From Pocillopora damicornis (taxonomy: Eukaryota), in contig NW_020843829.1 of NCBI RefSeq assembly GCF_003704095.1, forward strand, positions 1,488,001 through 1,552,000: 64,000 nucleotides of DNA. Direction: 5' to 3'. Within the stretch, counting starts at the first letter, position 1. Each line of letters starts with the position of its first letter. The notes under the pieces are model-generated. The model was given only the letters and a program-made list of their open reading frames with translations, made no database searches and was not told the origin of the DNA. The position numbers and the translations under genes are program-made. This document shows, one piece after another, positions 12,398-25,144 of the stretch.

Positions 12398-15300
12398 TTA
12401 TAAATCAGCAGAATATTTGCAGTCGATAGTCGCTTTGATAAACAAGCAGTCTTCTTTGACGTAACTCGTAGATTCCAAGCCTCGATGAGAAACGAATTGT
12501 GGGTAACCGAAGCCGAGTGTGGCACCATTCTTACCAGGTCTCTGAAAGCTCTTCCAGTTTGGATCCGGGCTAAACGATTGGCTAATATTTCTTTGGCCCC
12601 TGGTAGAGTCCCTGTTTTGATCCAAAAGCGACAAAGTGATTTCGCCCTCAAACGGCCACTTCAAGAGCGTGTCGTATTCTCCCGGGAGAAGACGGACATA
12701 GAGTGAAAGATGCGACCCTTCCCCGCTACCATTTCCGTACGGGAACACCACGATTTTGAACTTGTACCCATAAGGACTTGTGTAAAAAGGAGGGCTGTGC
12801 AACTCTACGTTTGTTTTGTGCTTGGCGTCCTCAAATTTGTTCCAAAAGTCGTCGATCCTCCAATAGAGTTTACTATCAGTGAAAGGCTTACAATGTTTGA
12901 CAATTTCGCGCAATTGGTCAATTTCCTTTCTTTGATCAAGAGCAAGCTGTGAAACGAGCTCAAGATGTTTTTTCATGCCGTCTTCTAGATGCTGTGTGAG
13001 GCTTCGTTGTGGACACTGAAAGAAAAAAAATATATAAATTAGATATGTTTTTTTCCGTCTCTGTGAGGTTGGATTTCCCACCCGACACAAGACACACAAT
13101 TGACAAAGGTATAAGAAGTTAGGTCGAGACAATCTGAGTGGATATCGAATGCGAATGAGTTCTTTAGTATCTCGAGAGATAAGTCAATACTTACTTGATG
13201 TTGACAGCCAACATGCTTAAAAGGACAATGAATGAGATTTGAGCGACATTCGTGGGTAAGATGGCGATCCACCTTAGATAAAACGGTGAACAATTGATTA
13301 GGATACTTCATAAAATTCACAGTGTTAAGAGACTTTTATTCAATAGTATAATTAGGAAAGCAACAGGTCAACAAGTACATCATTAACCCTTGTTAATATC
13401 AATTCCCCTCTCTGTCGATCTTCAAAATATTTCTTATACTTGTAGTTCGGATAATCTAGTGTTAAATAAAAAAAGTATCCCTTTTGATACATTTCTTTCT
13501 TCTCATCACTTCCCTGGTTGATAATGTATTGATATCGTAAGGAGACAGTACTTAATGATCACCTCTGAGCGTGAGAGGGCTAGCCATTGCAACTGATTAT
13601 GTAGTGGAACTTCCATTTGAGGAACACTTAGAACTAGGACCCTGCACGGAGGGGTTCACAGATACAAAGGCTCTAGGAGCCTTTTTTCAGTTTGGGCCAC
13701 ATGTTGTGTCCCTTGAACCAAGGTGTCTCGAATTAGTGGGAAGTAAACAGCGTTGGGCTAAAACGTTAAGTTGTCTTCTCTCGGAATGGATATAATAGGA
13801 ACTGAGTGGTTCCTACAGGTACATGGAGTGGTTAGTCCGCAGTTCTCACCTCTTCTCGTGGAATCTGTGACACACCACAACTATTTGGGCAACTCAAGGG
13901 GAAGTGAGGACACACTTGAAGATGGCTCTGTTGGGAAAGACACAAGATAACCTTGATGTATCATAAACAGATATTTCAACCAGCCAAACATAGATAAGTT
14001 GTTAGAAATATTTAGCAACTGGTGGTTAAAAAAAGGCCAAAACATTGCTAGGACGACATCCTCGTTTAATTATGATCGTATAACAACTTTCCCATCACAG
14101 AGGATCAATCGGTGTTCCGCGTAAAAATGAAACTATGGGAGGAAATCTAGAACATGGATGTCTTGCTGATTCTAGAAGCGTGTAGGACCCTTGTCACATG
14201 AGAATTAGATTTAGAGTTCTCTATAGCTCAGTGGTGGCGCATTAGACCACGAAATCCGAAAGACTGACGTTCGATTCCTCGAAGGGGTCTCAGAGATTAA
14301 AAGTCATAATTCACCGTCGTACAGCAACAAAGACAACGATAACCAAAGGAAAGTTGACATATTACTTTTGGCGAGATGATATAATGAATATGTGTATGAA
14401 TAATATCAAATAGGGCTACCTACCTGCATGTCTTCGAACTTGACTTGCGCACGACAATACTGACATTTGGTCAATCTCCTCGGACACTCCTCGGACATGT
14501 GACTCGTGATTTGACCACGTGATATTCTCTGACCACAAGTGCATGTAAAAATGTCAGATTCTCTTTCGATGTCGATTTGGCTCGTTGTGCGAGACCTGCT
14601 TCGTTCTGACCCACGGTAGACCACCTCGCTTGGGATCTCCTCGCGACCGACGTAATTGAGGAAAGCTGGAAACGAGGCAGAGCGCATGGGTGCAGGGGGA
14701 CTGGAATTCAGAGCTTCTTGCGAGGTGCTGTTGCTTCGATTACCGCTGCGCAAGCCACGTGGATCGAAGCGCACTGAGTGAGGCATGCTCTGTCGTTTGC
14801 CTCCTCTCGTTATTCCTGGTTCTTCAGTTTGGGAATCAGAGCGTCGACAACGTCTTAAGTGTTCCTGAAATGAAAATAAGTTGCTGTGTCAAAATAATCA
14901 TGCTAAAATTTGCATACATGTTTAGATAACGGCACACGGCTTTTTACAATTTTTCTGGAAAAGAAAACGCAAGCTACTTGAAGCGCGGGAAAATACGAGT
15001 GACCAAGTTGCTATAGATCATAGTTTTGTACCTGATTGGTTGAGAGAAGAGTGCGGCTTTTTTTTTTTTTGGACAAATCACAGACGAGAAGTAATACCAA
15101 CCTGTTTGTCTTTGAAGACGATTTCTACAGAGCAGTTTTCGCAGTAGACCCATCGGTGTAAGCAATCATTTCTCAAGTGATGCGGCATTTCGTGTCGTTT
15201 TAGTCGGACCCCACATCCATTACTGCATGTCACTATCTCCTGGTCCGGGTTCCGACGGGCGGCAGGACAGTTATGGCTCTAAGGGAATAAGTGGTTTTAA

Positions 15301-18300
15301 TACATTTGCACCCAAGGTCTTAAGGTTGAGTGGAGAGGGGGGGAGATCCATGGTTAGAGAGGAGGGGCGCCAGGGTTGCCCAGGAGGCTCTAAGGAGGGA
15401 TAACGGAAAGAGGTATAAGAGATGAAGGCCGCTGCTGACAAGAAAAACTAATCGAACATAAAACATCTATTTTCCCACACGGAGAGAAAGGTCGAAATGC
15501 GCGCGCACCCCAAGGAACACGGTTAGAAGCATGGAAATTATTAGATATGGTGGGCTCACCTTATCTACGGTATTGCTGAACAGCTACGAGACACAACACT
15601 TACCTGTAGATTCTCAAACGTTGTTTCCTTTTTACAGCGGGGACACTTTACCCATCTCTTTATACAATCTTTTTTCACATGTTCGGTGATCTTCCTCCGC
15701 TGAACTTTCTGACCACAACCCGCAATGCAATCTACTTGCGCGTACTTGCAATTGGCCATGTGATCCTACATCACGACAGAAAATGGTAACGCAATCTTAA
15801 CTAGTGTTGGTCTAAAGCTGATTCACCCGTCTTCGTAGCGAGAACAGTTACGTCACAAGTAGAAACTGCACCAAAATGTTGAATTAAAAAAAAAAACAAA
15901 AACGGTTTTAATTTAGGGGATATTACCTCAAGTTTCTTTAACTGTCCCTTCCACTTACAGCCAAGTTGATAGTGGTCACACACAACATTCAGTGAAAATA
16001 TCATTTGATTCGTCACATCATCTGCGTAAATCTGTCACGCAATGGGCATAAATAGCAACAGTTAGATCATAGAAACGGAAATGTTCGTAACATAGGGTTC
16101 TTAAAATGCATTTTTATTACATGATGTGTTTCGAATAAAACTGTTGTTTAAGCCTACGTGACAAATACCTCATTGCAAAGCAACACGGGTGGTAACGCCT
16201 AAATGGTCAAGTCGTTACGAGGTCATGATCAATTTTCACTTTTTTTATCTATAGATGTTAGATCCGAATTTACTCCATTTAATCCCTCGCTTATGATAGG
16301 ATAACAAAAAGCACAATAACTTTTGACTTATACGCGGCTGTATTTAAAGTGGGTGTCTCGTGTAAATTCTGCGCCGGCGGTTTCACGTCATCCCACAAAT
16401 GTGCCTCCGGAGATAAATACCACAAAAGAATAAGGAAGCCGTGAAATGGCGTGGGAATAAAAACAGCATCCTTGAAATTTGTATAAAATTTGTCTTTATG
16501 ATTATACTTAGTGGCGCTAACCTTTGAACTAAATTCCACATTTGCATTTCTCTTGTTTTCTGTATTTGCACCGAAGTGTATTTAAACAGTTGGCGCGGCG
16601 GTAAAAGAGTTCTTTAAACACTGGAATTGTCACTGGTGGAAATTCTGGCGTCTATTGTTGTTCGCAAATTCTGCGCTTTATGATCGTGTTTTCACCGCGT
16701 GAGTGTACTATTTTGGAACAAAAAAAACACGCGCAATTGAAAAGCCCTTAGTGAAACAGACACAGTGTCTAGCTGTGAATGTTCCAACAGAGTTTTTCCT
16801 TTAAGTTTCTTATTGCTTTAAGCTAGGCGGTGTAGTCTATTGAAAAAGTTTACTAATTGCCTTCCCTCGTCGCCGCACTCAATTCTAGCATTTAAACGCG
16901 CGATGGATGAGCGCCAGGAACCCTTTTGTTGAAGATGTAGCGAAGAGGTTCAAGTTGATGTATCACCAACAAACAAAATTCTTACCTGAGATAAATCGAT
17001 ACTTGAACTGTCCACGGGACATCTCAGTCGGGCTGCTTGCCTAGAAGGTGGATCAATCCAAATGTAAAGTCGCGGCATTTCATTTGCTTTGCCGGCAGAA
17101 TAGAAAAATAAGCAATTCGTTTGCAATTATCGGCGAGAATTTGTCGATTTGTTGAACCGCTTTAGCAAACAACCGTATCACTAGACGCGGTAATATGGAA
17201 TTGACAGCTCATTTCAATCGCGTCGAAACTGACCTACTAAAATGGGTATCATTTTCCACTTGACAAAAGGAAATTGGGCGTCACCATTAATTATGAATAC
17301 TTAAAATACAAGAAGAAAAGCGCAATACTTTTCCTCGTGAACAGAATGAGCGTACTAATGGGCTTACTTGCTGCCGCAAGGTCTCATTGTATGCAACGTG
17401 ATACGCGAGCGACCGCAACAAAGGGCAACAAAAATTAAGTTTGACAATTCTTTTCCGCGAGAATGTTGGCACTTCCGTGGAAAATGTTGACAATATGTCA
17501 TAGTATGAATGTTAAAGTTGAAAACTGAAAATGAGAAAAGGGAGATAAACAAGGAGAAGCGGAAAAAAGAGTGGCCTAGTATATGTTTTTCCGATCTGAA
17601 ATATGTTCAATCGCGACAATATTCAAAGGTTTAATGCAACCGCGAAAGGCTTCTTTTAATAATTCTTGCTAATCACTTTAAGAAGGGCCAGTTTGCGTAA
17701 ATTACCATATCTGGTATCACTAACCAAATGGCATAACAAAAAGATGAGTGGAAAATATATTTTTAGCCATTACAAATATTACGATCCCTCAAGCCCTTGT
17801 GTCTTATGCATAATTTATCCGGTCCGGACAGCATAATTTTACGGTACTAAATGGCAAACATCAGCGTTGACAATATTGGGGCTAAATTACTTTATCGCGA
17901 TCCTAAATATTGAACACCGATTTGAAATTTCTTCTTTCAAGGCATAGTGAAAAACAATGAGGATTTTAATAAGTTGTTTGCTGACTCTTTGGCAAACAAC
18001 TACAGAAGTTAAATTCCTTTTCTGTATAAACAATTTTTTTCTTCTTGAATGACCTCACTACTACAACCTACCGCATTTTTACCCTAATCCAACCATCGAC
18101 AGGAAAGATACGTCGCGATCAAATTTGGTAAGACTGGATACGTCCACTTTTCATGCAAATGACATTATTTGTGAAAAGAGCACTTGAGTTGGCACCATCA
18201 AAAAGTAAACTATTGAGTAAACAGAACTGTATCTGATCAAAGCGAAGCAAAAATTTTGCTCGTTATGCCCTGCTTGATTGTTCTTCTTAAAAGCCCAGTT

Positions 18301-20624
18301 TTTCAGGCATAACAATAGATCACGCAACGAAAAAACCAAGGTCACAGCTCTCACGACCCGGATAAATTGATAATGCAGTTTCGCGATATGATTTCTCACG
18401 CAACATGAGATACCGTGGAACTGAGGCACGCAAAGTAAAAATTTCAATTCCGGTGCGTTTTTGTTGTTTACTTCCAGGCATTAGTTCGTTTACTCAGTAA
18501 AAACGCTTGTGTGCGTTGAATTGTGTTGAGTTTCTGGACATGACGTTCATAGACTGGAAGAAAGAATTGGTGTTGACTCAACCATTAGTTCTGCAGAGAA
18601 TTCTGTCAAAGCAATATTGCAAACAACACCACAAATTGTAAACTTGTCACGAGTCCAGTCATTTTGTGTCAGTTTCACTCATTGTCACGCAACTGTTTCC
18701 GAGCAGTACTTAGCTATGAAGATCAACACCTCAATAAAATATGAAAAAAATTGTATTTCTTTCGGCAAACACTCCAGAGAATTGATGCTTTCTTGCCACT
18801 AATTAAAATTTACCTTTTAATTTAGGAAAGGGTGTGAAATGCCTCATGGATGCAAGATATTATTGTCTTCTTCCGCCCGAACGGAGATAATTAAATCTTT
18901 AATGTACAATATTCCTTGGCTCAAAAACCACAATTCCTAAGAGCGGCTGGTGTAATTTACATGTAATTGTCATCGTTGCTGTTACTGATCTCAATACTCT
19001 TTTTATCTCCATCTCACGATTGCGTAATTTGACTGAAGCTGCCTATCGACCGAAAATAAAAGTCTGGCTCACTTTTTGAATTGATCAGGAAAGCTTAATG
19101 GTTGGTTTGATTTTGGGTTCCAATTACCGAGATCGGAAAGATGGAATTTCCGCGTCAAGGAAAGAAACACGTAATTTCCTGGGCAGGAGTTTGATACAAA
19201 TCACACCTTCGAAGACACATTGCAAATTTCTAATCCGAACTTGATGAAAATAGAAAAATTGCCAACAGACCAACTGAGTGGAATGTAAACTATGGAGTAA
19301 AATTGATTCATAAAGATAAACATCTCTCGACTTTTTTTTGTTTACGACAGGCTCAATAGCTCGAAAGGAAATTCTTCTTAATTGTAAGAAGCACCATAAC
19401 AACATATACTGTTTACATTGTCAGAAAAATATATTCGTTATTCGAAAGTTCCTCAACCTCTGTTCATTGTAAACTAGACAGGATCAATCCTACCGCGTAC
19501 AAAATTTTGTGAGACAGTCCTTCCCGTGATCCGTCCCAAACACAACCAAAATTCTACTTTTTCCCAGAATGCTTCATGAAAGACAACTACGTTGTTGCTT
19601 TGATGTCAAAAATATTCCAGAAACATACGACTATTTACAAAACTTTGAAACAATTATGGATATTTAGGACAATATACAGAATCGTGGGAAAATTCAAATT
19701 AGCTCGAAATGAATGAAACTAAAAGCCTTTCGAGATCACCTAAATGAACAAAACAAACGCCACCGTTACAAATCAGGTTGCCAACTATTCCCTAGTACAC
19801 CTAAGGACTTTTGAAGGAAAAAATCGCTAATTTTTGGTTCCTGTTTCGAAATACTCTACACAATGAGTGTTTACGATTTAATCTTCTGTGCTGAATAGGC
19901 CCTTTGTATATCGATCGCAGCTGAGAGACTTCAACTTCGCCGACGATCAGTGTCAGAATTGGTTCAAAAAGCCAAATATCACCGAGATAAATTTATACTA
20001 ACAACGTTGTAATTTTTGCGATCATATACCAGCTAACAAATGAAAGATAGTGCGAACGCAATTGGAAAAAACAAGCTTGCAGGTTTTAATAGAAACCCCC
20101 ACTGTGAATACCGAGTGTCATGAAATTGCTTGTAAAAATATTTGCACATTCTATCAAATTTTTATTCAAAAATTCGGTTCACGCGTAATACATAATTCGC
20201 CAAACAATGCAACAGAAGACCCGACAGAAGGGAGCATTAATCTTTGCAACAACGAATTAGTTGAGATTTAGCCGATCGTCCATATAAATCCGAGAAGTCG
20301 TCGAGAAATAAATTCTCTTCTGTCACTTTACTGGTTTCACAAGATCTCATCTCAAGTGCGAATTGAAATCCACCAGATTTCTTTCTCTCAAAAGAAGTTA
20401 ACCAGCTTAAGATTATAAGTTTACAATATCAATCTACAAACGATCAAGAGGAACAACAATACAGTAGCTTACCTCGTGTTACTGAAGGCTCCATTAAGAC
20501 AAGAATCGCAAAATCTGTGTCCACAAACGGACACTTGAACGGCGTTTCGAACTGGAAGATGACATATGCGGCATAATAAATTTTCTCTCACCGCCGGGAC
20601 AAAATACGCGCGGTACCCCGGCAT
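12398..20624 (-). CDS. TRAF4: TNF receptor-associated factor 4-like (TRAF-A): RING, ~9 zinc-finger modules, coiled coil, MATH; 9 coding exons, ~621 aa
   Basis: Exons 20624-20473, 17040-16986, 16031-15927, 15765-15604, 15278-15102, 14864-14424, 13927-13850, 13272-13195, 13015-12398 (1866 nt, phases consistent). Starts MPGY. RING is CRIC...CGHRFCDSC...CPVD. The MATH domain has TRAF4-type GNGSGEGSHLSLYVR, PDPNWK and LGFGYP motifs. Confidence 0.9.
13383..13583 (-). mobile_element. TTAA-type MITE, divergent copy
   Basis: TTAACCCTT start, GATATCGTAAGGAGA...TGATCAC core, GAGAGGGCTAG end; lies in a TRAF-A intron. Confidence 0.55.
14224..14295 (+). mobile_element. tRNA-derived SINE head fragment
   Basis: TAGCTCAGTGGT A box and GTTCGATTCC B box without acceptor-stem pairing. 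A similar head occurs at ~37689. Confidence 0.5.
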
Positions 20625-20767
20625 AGTCTTGAAGAAGATCCTCTTATATTTTCACTATAAGGAGAATAGAGTTGTTGCTCTCATCTGTTCCAATGCTACC
20701 TGCTCATATCACGGCTGTACTTTGTGACTGACCTGCGAGAAGTTTTTGTTGTTTGAATACATTTTGC

Positions 20768-20792
20768 TTACATGTCTTGACTGGGCATGCCC
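20768..20792. promoter_or_regulatory. Candidate p53/p63-family response element upstream of the TRAF4 ATG
   Basis: Perfect RRRCWWGYYY half-site GGGCATGCCC (20783-20792) and an 8/10 half-site TTACATGTCT (20768-20777), 5-bp spacer. Confidence 0.3.
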
Positions 20793-23520
20793 AGAACAAT
20801 AGCGTCACATCAAAAACGTGACAGAGCTAGGGTGTAATATTTACATGACAGGCTATTTGGGATAAAACTATGTTTCCGGTTGGGATTAGTGTCCCTTCAA
20901 GATAAATACAATTTTTTGTGTACACACATGTGGGTGCTTTTACGACGAACATTTCTGGACATTTCTGCGTTGTTTGAAGGGCTTTGAATCGTCTACGGAA
21001 ACTAGAAAGCTCAAAATAATTTGTCATTGTCAACACGAAACTATTAAGTCTTCAGTTAACACAAAGAAAGCGTGTTTCTATGCTAAATTTTATCAACCTG
21101 TCACTCCAGAGGGAAGAATGTTCATTATACTTTCTGCTAAACATCCATTAACTATTGTCATGCGTCTCTCATCAAAAGCATCGTTCTTCTGGTGAAGAAA
21201 AAACACCTGTTCATTGTAAAATATTGAATAAAGAGCTCGTGGTTTTAACGAGGAAACCACAGTGATCATAAAACAATGCACCGGTTCTTGGTTTAGATAT
21301 CCTGCGTAATTTTCACTCCACCGCAAGTTCTTTTTGTTTAGATGTCCGGAAACAATTCGAGCGGGCACCTCCTAGACTTACCTCAAGTAGTCATCGACGA
21401 ATTTGGACGAATTCAATGTATATCCGCTGTTGAGTTGACAAAAATTGGGAAATATTTCAACATTCCATCGAGTCCTCGACTTTGTCTAATAAATTCCCCG
21501 CTATGAATCATTTCCGAGCAATGTTGCTTGCGTTCAAAAATTTCGAACTGATTTTGTCAGACTCCTTAGTCAGAAAAGCACATAATGACAAATATTGGAT
21601 GAGAAACTTGAAGCTTTGTTCTCATAAGAATTAGACAATTTTCAATCAGGCATATGTCATTTTGAAGAAAATAAACCCGATTTCCTGATTAAAATCTTAA
21701 ATATGACATTTTCCCTTTTGTGAAATGAGCAATACAATTTTTCCATCAACAAATTTTGGTTTGATGACGCAAGTGTAAATGCAATTTTTTAATATCCTTA
21801 AATTAATTTGTCACTTGATACAAAACTTGTGGCTTTTAGCAAGATAAAGCCCATTAGACAATGTACTGAGTTAAGGTGGCGAAAAACTAAGTTGCGCAAT
21901 TTTCTAGCAAGCTTTTTTTATCCAGGCACTGTTTACAGAAGAGAAAAATAGAGCAAAAACTGCTTTTTTTGGCTTTTTAAACTCGAGTAGTTATGCTCCA
22001 TCTTTTGACCTGTAATCATAAGAATTTTGAATTTTTACAATCTCCCTCTAGTTTCAAACGCGCGTTTTTTTGTTTTTTTTTTCTCCCTGTTGCACTTTCC
22101 GTATGGGTCTAGATAAAGTGTTTAACACCAATTTACAGCTAAATAATGCAGAAGGAATGAAGAGGAACATTTAAAACTTTAAAAGGAAAATCCCTTATTT
22201 ACCATGGACCTGCCTGGAATAAACTGATCCTATCCACTGTCACTCTAACTGGTCTTTTCAGCAATTTTCTTTTCAGATGACAAAAGACGCACAGTGGTAA
22301 GGTACCACTGATCACATGTTATCCTTTCACTACTTTTTTGTTTTTGTGCAGCCCGAATTTTTCTACCAGTAAAAATAAAAAACAAAATAGCGAACTTTTG
22401 TACTTTACCCTGTCAGAAGCCCATCGATTGGGCTCCTGACCGAGCCGGTTCAGTCACTCTGCCTAAACAAACGAACATACCAAACGCTCGTGATCGCTTT
22501 GGCGAACATGTTATCTTGTAGATGTGTTTCTAACTCATGTCAGTAATTTTAGCTTCAGTTGTGTCCGTGCAGTACGAGGACACTTCTTTTCAAACACGAA
22601 TATTATTCTTCGGTCGAGTTCCACTCATCTCGCATCGGGCGTAACTCTTGATCTCCACAAAAAGCGGGTGGAAACCTTCAACGTTTTTGAACGCTCCCTG
22701 TTCTCGACCGAAAGGTGCAATTTTTACTCCTAACACCCATAACCGTACCAAGAGAATATAAGCTGCATTCTATATTCTCTTAACCGTAAGAAGAACTGTT
22801 TTATGCTGCATATTACCTACAAAGACATTCTTATATATTCCTTAAAACTAGCTTCAAAATTCCCAATGTTTGGTTTCTCTATGTTAAATTCCAGAACATT
22901 GTCCAGCAAATGCACCCTCATGCACGTCATATGTCAAACTAATGTCTTCCCAAACTTCATGACAAAACAGCGCGACTTCCCCATGCGCAAGTGACGTGAC
23001 ATGTATAATCAGTTATCTTAACCTAGCGTGCATGGCAGGTGGCCGTGAAGTGCGCTGCTCGCCTTTATTTTGACTATTTTCATCGAGCACCCAGCAAAAC
23101 TAGTGAAAACTAATCTTGTGTATTAAAGGCTTAATATTCTCAAAATAGTCTCTAAACACTGTTAAAAATGATTTAAGGCACTAGAACCGCCCCCTTTTTT
23201 TAAACTAATTTTCTTGCTTATTTTGTGTTGTAAGGACCCCTTATATTTTCTCATAGATATCATTTTTCCTTTCCTTTTTCTTCACGTCATAATGTAGTGT
23301 AATATAAGTTCTTGGGAAGTATTGCAGTGTTGTTATTGTGCCACAATTTAAACAAATCAAGCTTTTTTTCAAGGATCTCACAGCGAGCACACACGCATGT
23401 CGCGTGATAAGGTAGAATCATATGATTTGTAGCGTCGTGAATCACCCTTTCGATGATTATCACGCGACTGTCTGGCAAGAAAACACCTTTTCATTAAACT
23501 GCACGCAAATAAACATATTT

Positions 23521-23789
23521 TAGTCCAAGTTTTAAATTGAATTTTACCAATTAAAATGCAAATGGCTTGTCCGCTTTCATTATAATGGTTCGAGTATCTA
23601 ATTCCTTTGTTTTTGTCCCTTAACCTCTCGAAAAGAAACTGAAACTTAACAAACCTATTGTAGTCCAAGTTTTAAATTAAATTTTACCAACTAACATGCA
23701 AATAGCTGGTCCGCTTTCATTATGATAGTTCGAGAATTCTAATTCCTTTCTTCTTGTCACTTTACAGCTCTAAAAGAAGCTGAAACTAG
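23521..23789. repeat. Diverged tandem duplication, period 140 bp, two copies
   Basis: TAGTCCAAGTTTTAAATT...GTCCGCTTTCATTAT...CTGAAACT begins at both 23521 and 23661. Confidence 0.9.
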
Positions 23790-23981
23790 ATGCAGAAACA
23801 AATCAAGAGATTATTATCTTAAAAAAATTTATAAGCCGAAAGATTTTGATGATCTACGAATTTTAGAAATAATTAATAATTTTTTTATGTTTATATCTAA
23901 AAAATTCAGGAAAACAGTGTACTTGACAACTAGACAGATGTAAAAAAATGCAAATTGTACCACTCATTCCCACTCATTTAG

Positions 23982-24224
23982 GATTTTCTACGGTATTTGG
24001 CCGTGAGAAGCATGGGCTCCGAGTTCATCAGAGAACCCCGCCAAAATGCGGCTGCACAAGCTGCAGGCGCTGCACAAGACGGCAGCATTACCACAAAGAG
24101 TTTCCACATTCCGAAGTTGTCGATGACTCCAAATCTTTCAAAGATAACAGTGAAAGACAAACACAGAAAGATGGACTTTCTCCGTCCAATCGACAACTTC
24201 GAAGATGGACAAGTGAAGAATTAA
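23982..24224 (+). CDS. Orphan putative coding exon or small ORF of unknown function
   Basis: Acceptor CATTTAG|G at 23981/23982. Open frame DFLRYLAVRSMGSEFIREPRQNAAAQAAGAAQDG...KMDFLRPIDNFEDGQVKN*. GC-richer than its flanks. No family recognised. Confidence 0.35.
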   Translation, partial: DFLRYLAVRSMGSEFIREPRQNAAAQAAGAAQDGSITTKSFHIPKLSMTPNLSKITVKDKHRKMDFLRPIDNFEDGQVKN

Positions 24225-24878
24225 TTATGGTAAGATGAAATTGTTTGAAGGTGATATCGATGGTACGTTTTAGTCCAGACTATTAACAAACGCGGCTTAA
24301 CGAATTCCACACAACTAAGACTTCCCTGGAAAGTTTCTTTGGCAATTTTTGTCATTTTTGCACTAATAAACAAGACATCTTGAACATGCAATTAGCGAGT
24401 TTTCATCGACAAAATATGTTATCTTAACAGAAAAACTGTTAACTTAGCCGCAATACCACATCTTGTTACATTCCTGTCGTTGGAACTATCACAAAAATAT
24501 GCCTAGAGTTGTATTGCTTAATTCAAAACCTCAGGAGAACATTTGGAAATGGCTTGCGCATTAAAGAAATTTTCCCCACACACCAATAGCGAAAAATTAA
24601 TAACCCTGATAATACTCGAAGTCGGACTGACTCCCTCAAGCATTACTCTATGCTACAAATGCTCTACCTGGCACTCACTAGTTACTCAGCCATGAATATG
24701 TTAGAGGGAAAACTGACTCCTTTCTCCATCCAAGCTGTTGTTCCATATTCTCACACGTCACGATGTTCAGTCGCAGTTTTTAATGATAATAATAATAATA
24801 AAAAGTAATTAAATACAATTACCGCACCTTGTCATACCAGTCGCACTTTGTAATACCTCTTATCGCAATTTGTCATAA

Positions 24879-25144
24879 AGGCCCTGTCAAATTAAACACA
24901 CACAACATTTCAACACAGCATCTTATAACGTTGTGGCGCGCTACGTGTTGCACATGTTTGACCATCCCATAGCAACATGTTACAAGATTTTGGACGGTGC
25001 TTGACCAAGTTTGAAAATGGTCAAACTTCGTTGCAACCATTTTGGACGTTGCATGATATTGCGCTCCTTCACAGCATCTTACAACACGATCCAACAATGA
25101 AGCAAGATGTTGCGTTTAAATGTCGTGTGCGTTTGGCCAGGCCT
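24879..25144. mobile_element. MITE with terminal inverted repeats, PIF/Harbinger-like
   Basis: AGGCCCTGTCAAA... / ...TTTGGCCAGGCCT imperfect TIRs, TAA/TTA-like flanks, internal CAACA/TGTTG repeats. Confidence 0.6.

Noticed and set aside
12485-12952. Plus-strand ORFs overlapping the TRAF-A last exon, and similar ORFs antisense to other exons (e.g. 3785-4018, 37270-37534, 43894-44109)
   Set aside because: Antisense or alternate-frame shadows of real coding exons, with no recognisable domain.
14224-14295. Possible tRNA gene (also 5925-6000 and 37689-37750)
   Set aside because: A/B-box-like motifs are present but there is no complete cloverleaf; better explained as SINE heads.
18102-18127. Possible plus-strand microexon (ERYVAIKF) that would be in phase with the 22277 microexon
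   Set aside because: Weak polypyrimidine tract, lies antisense inside TRAF-A intron 1, and has no independent support.
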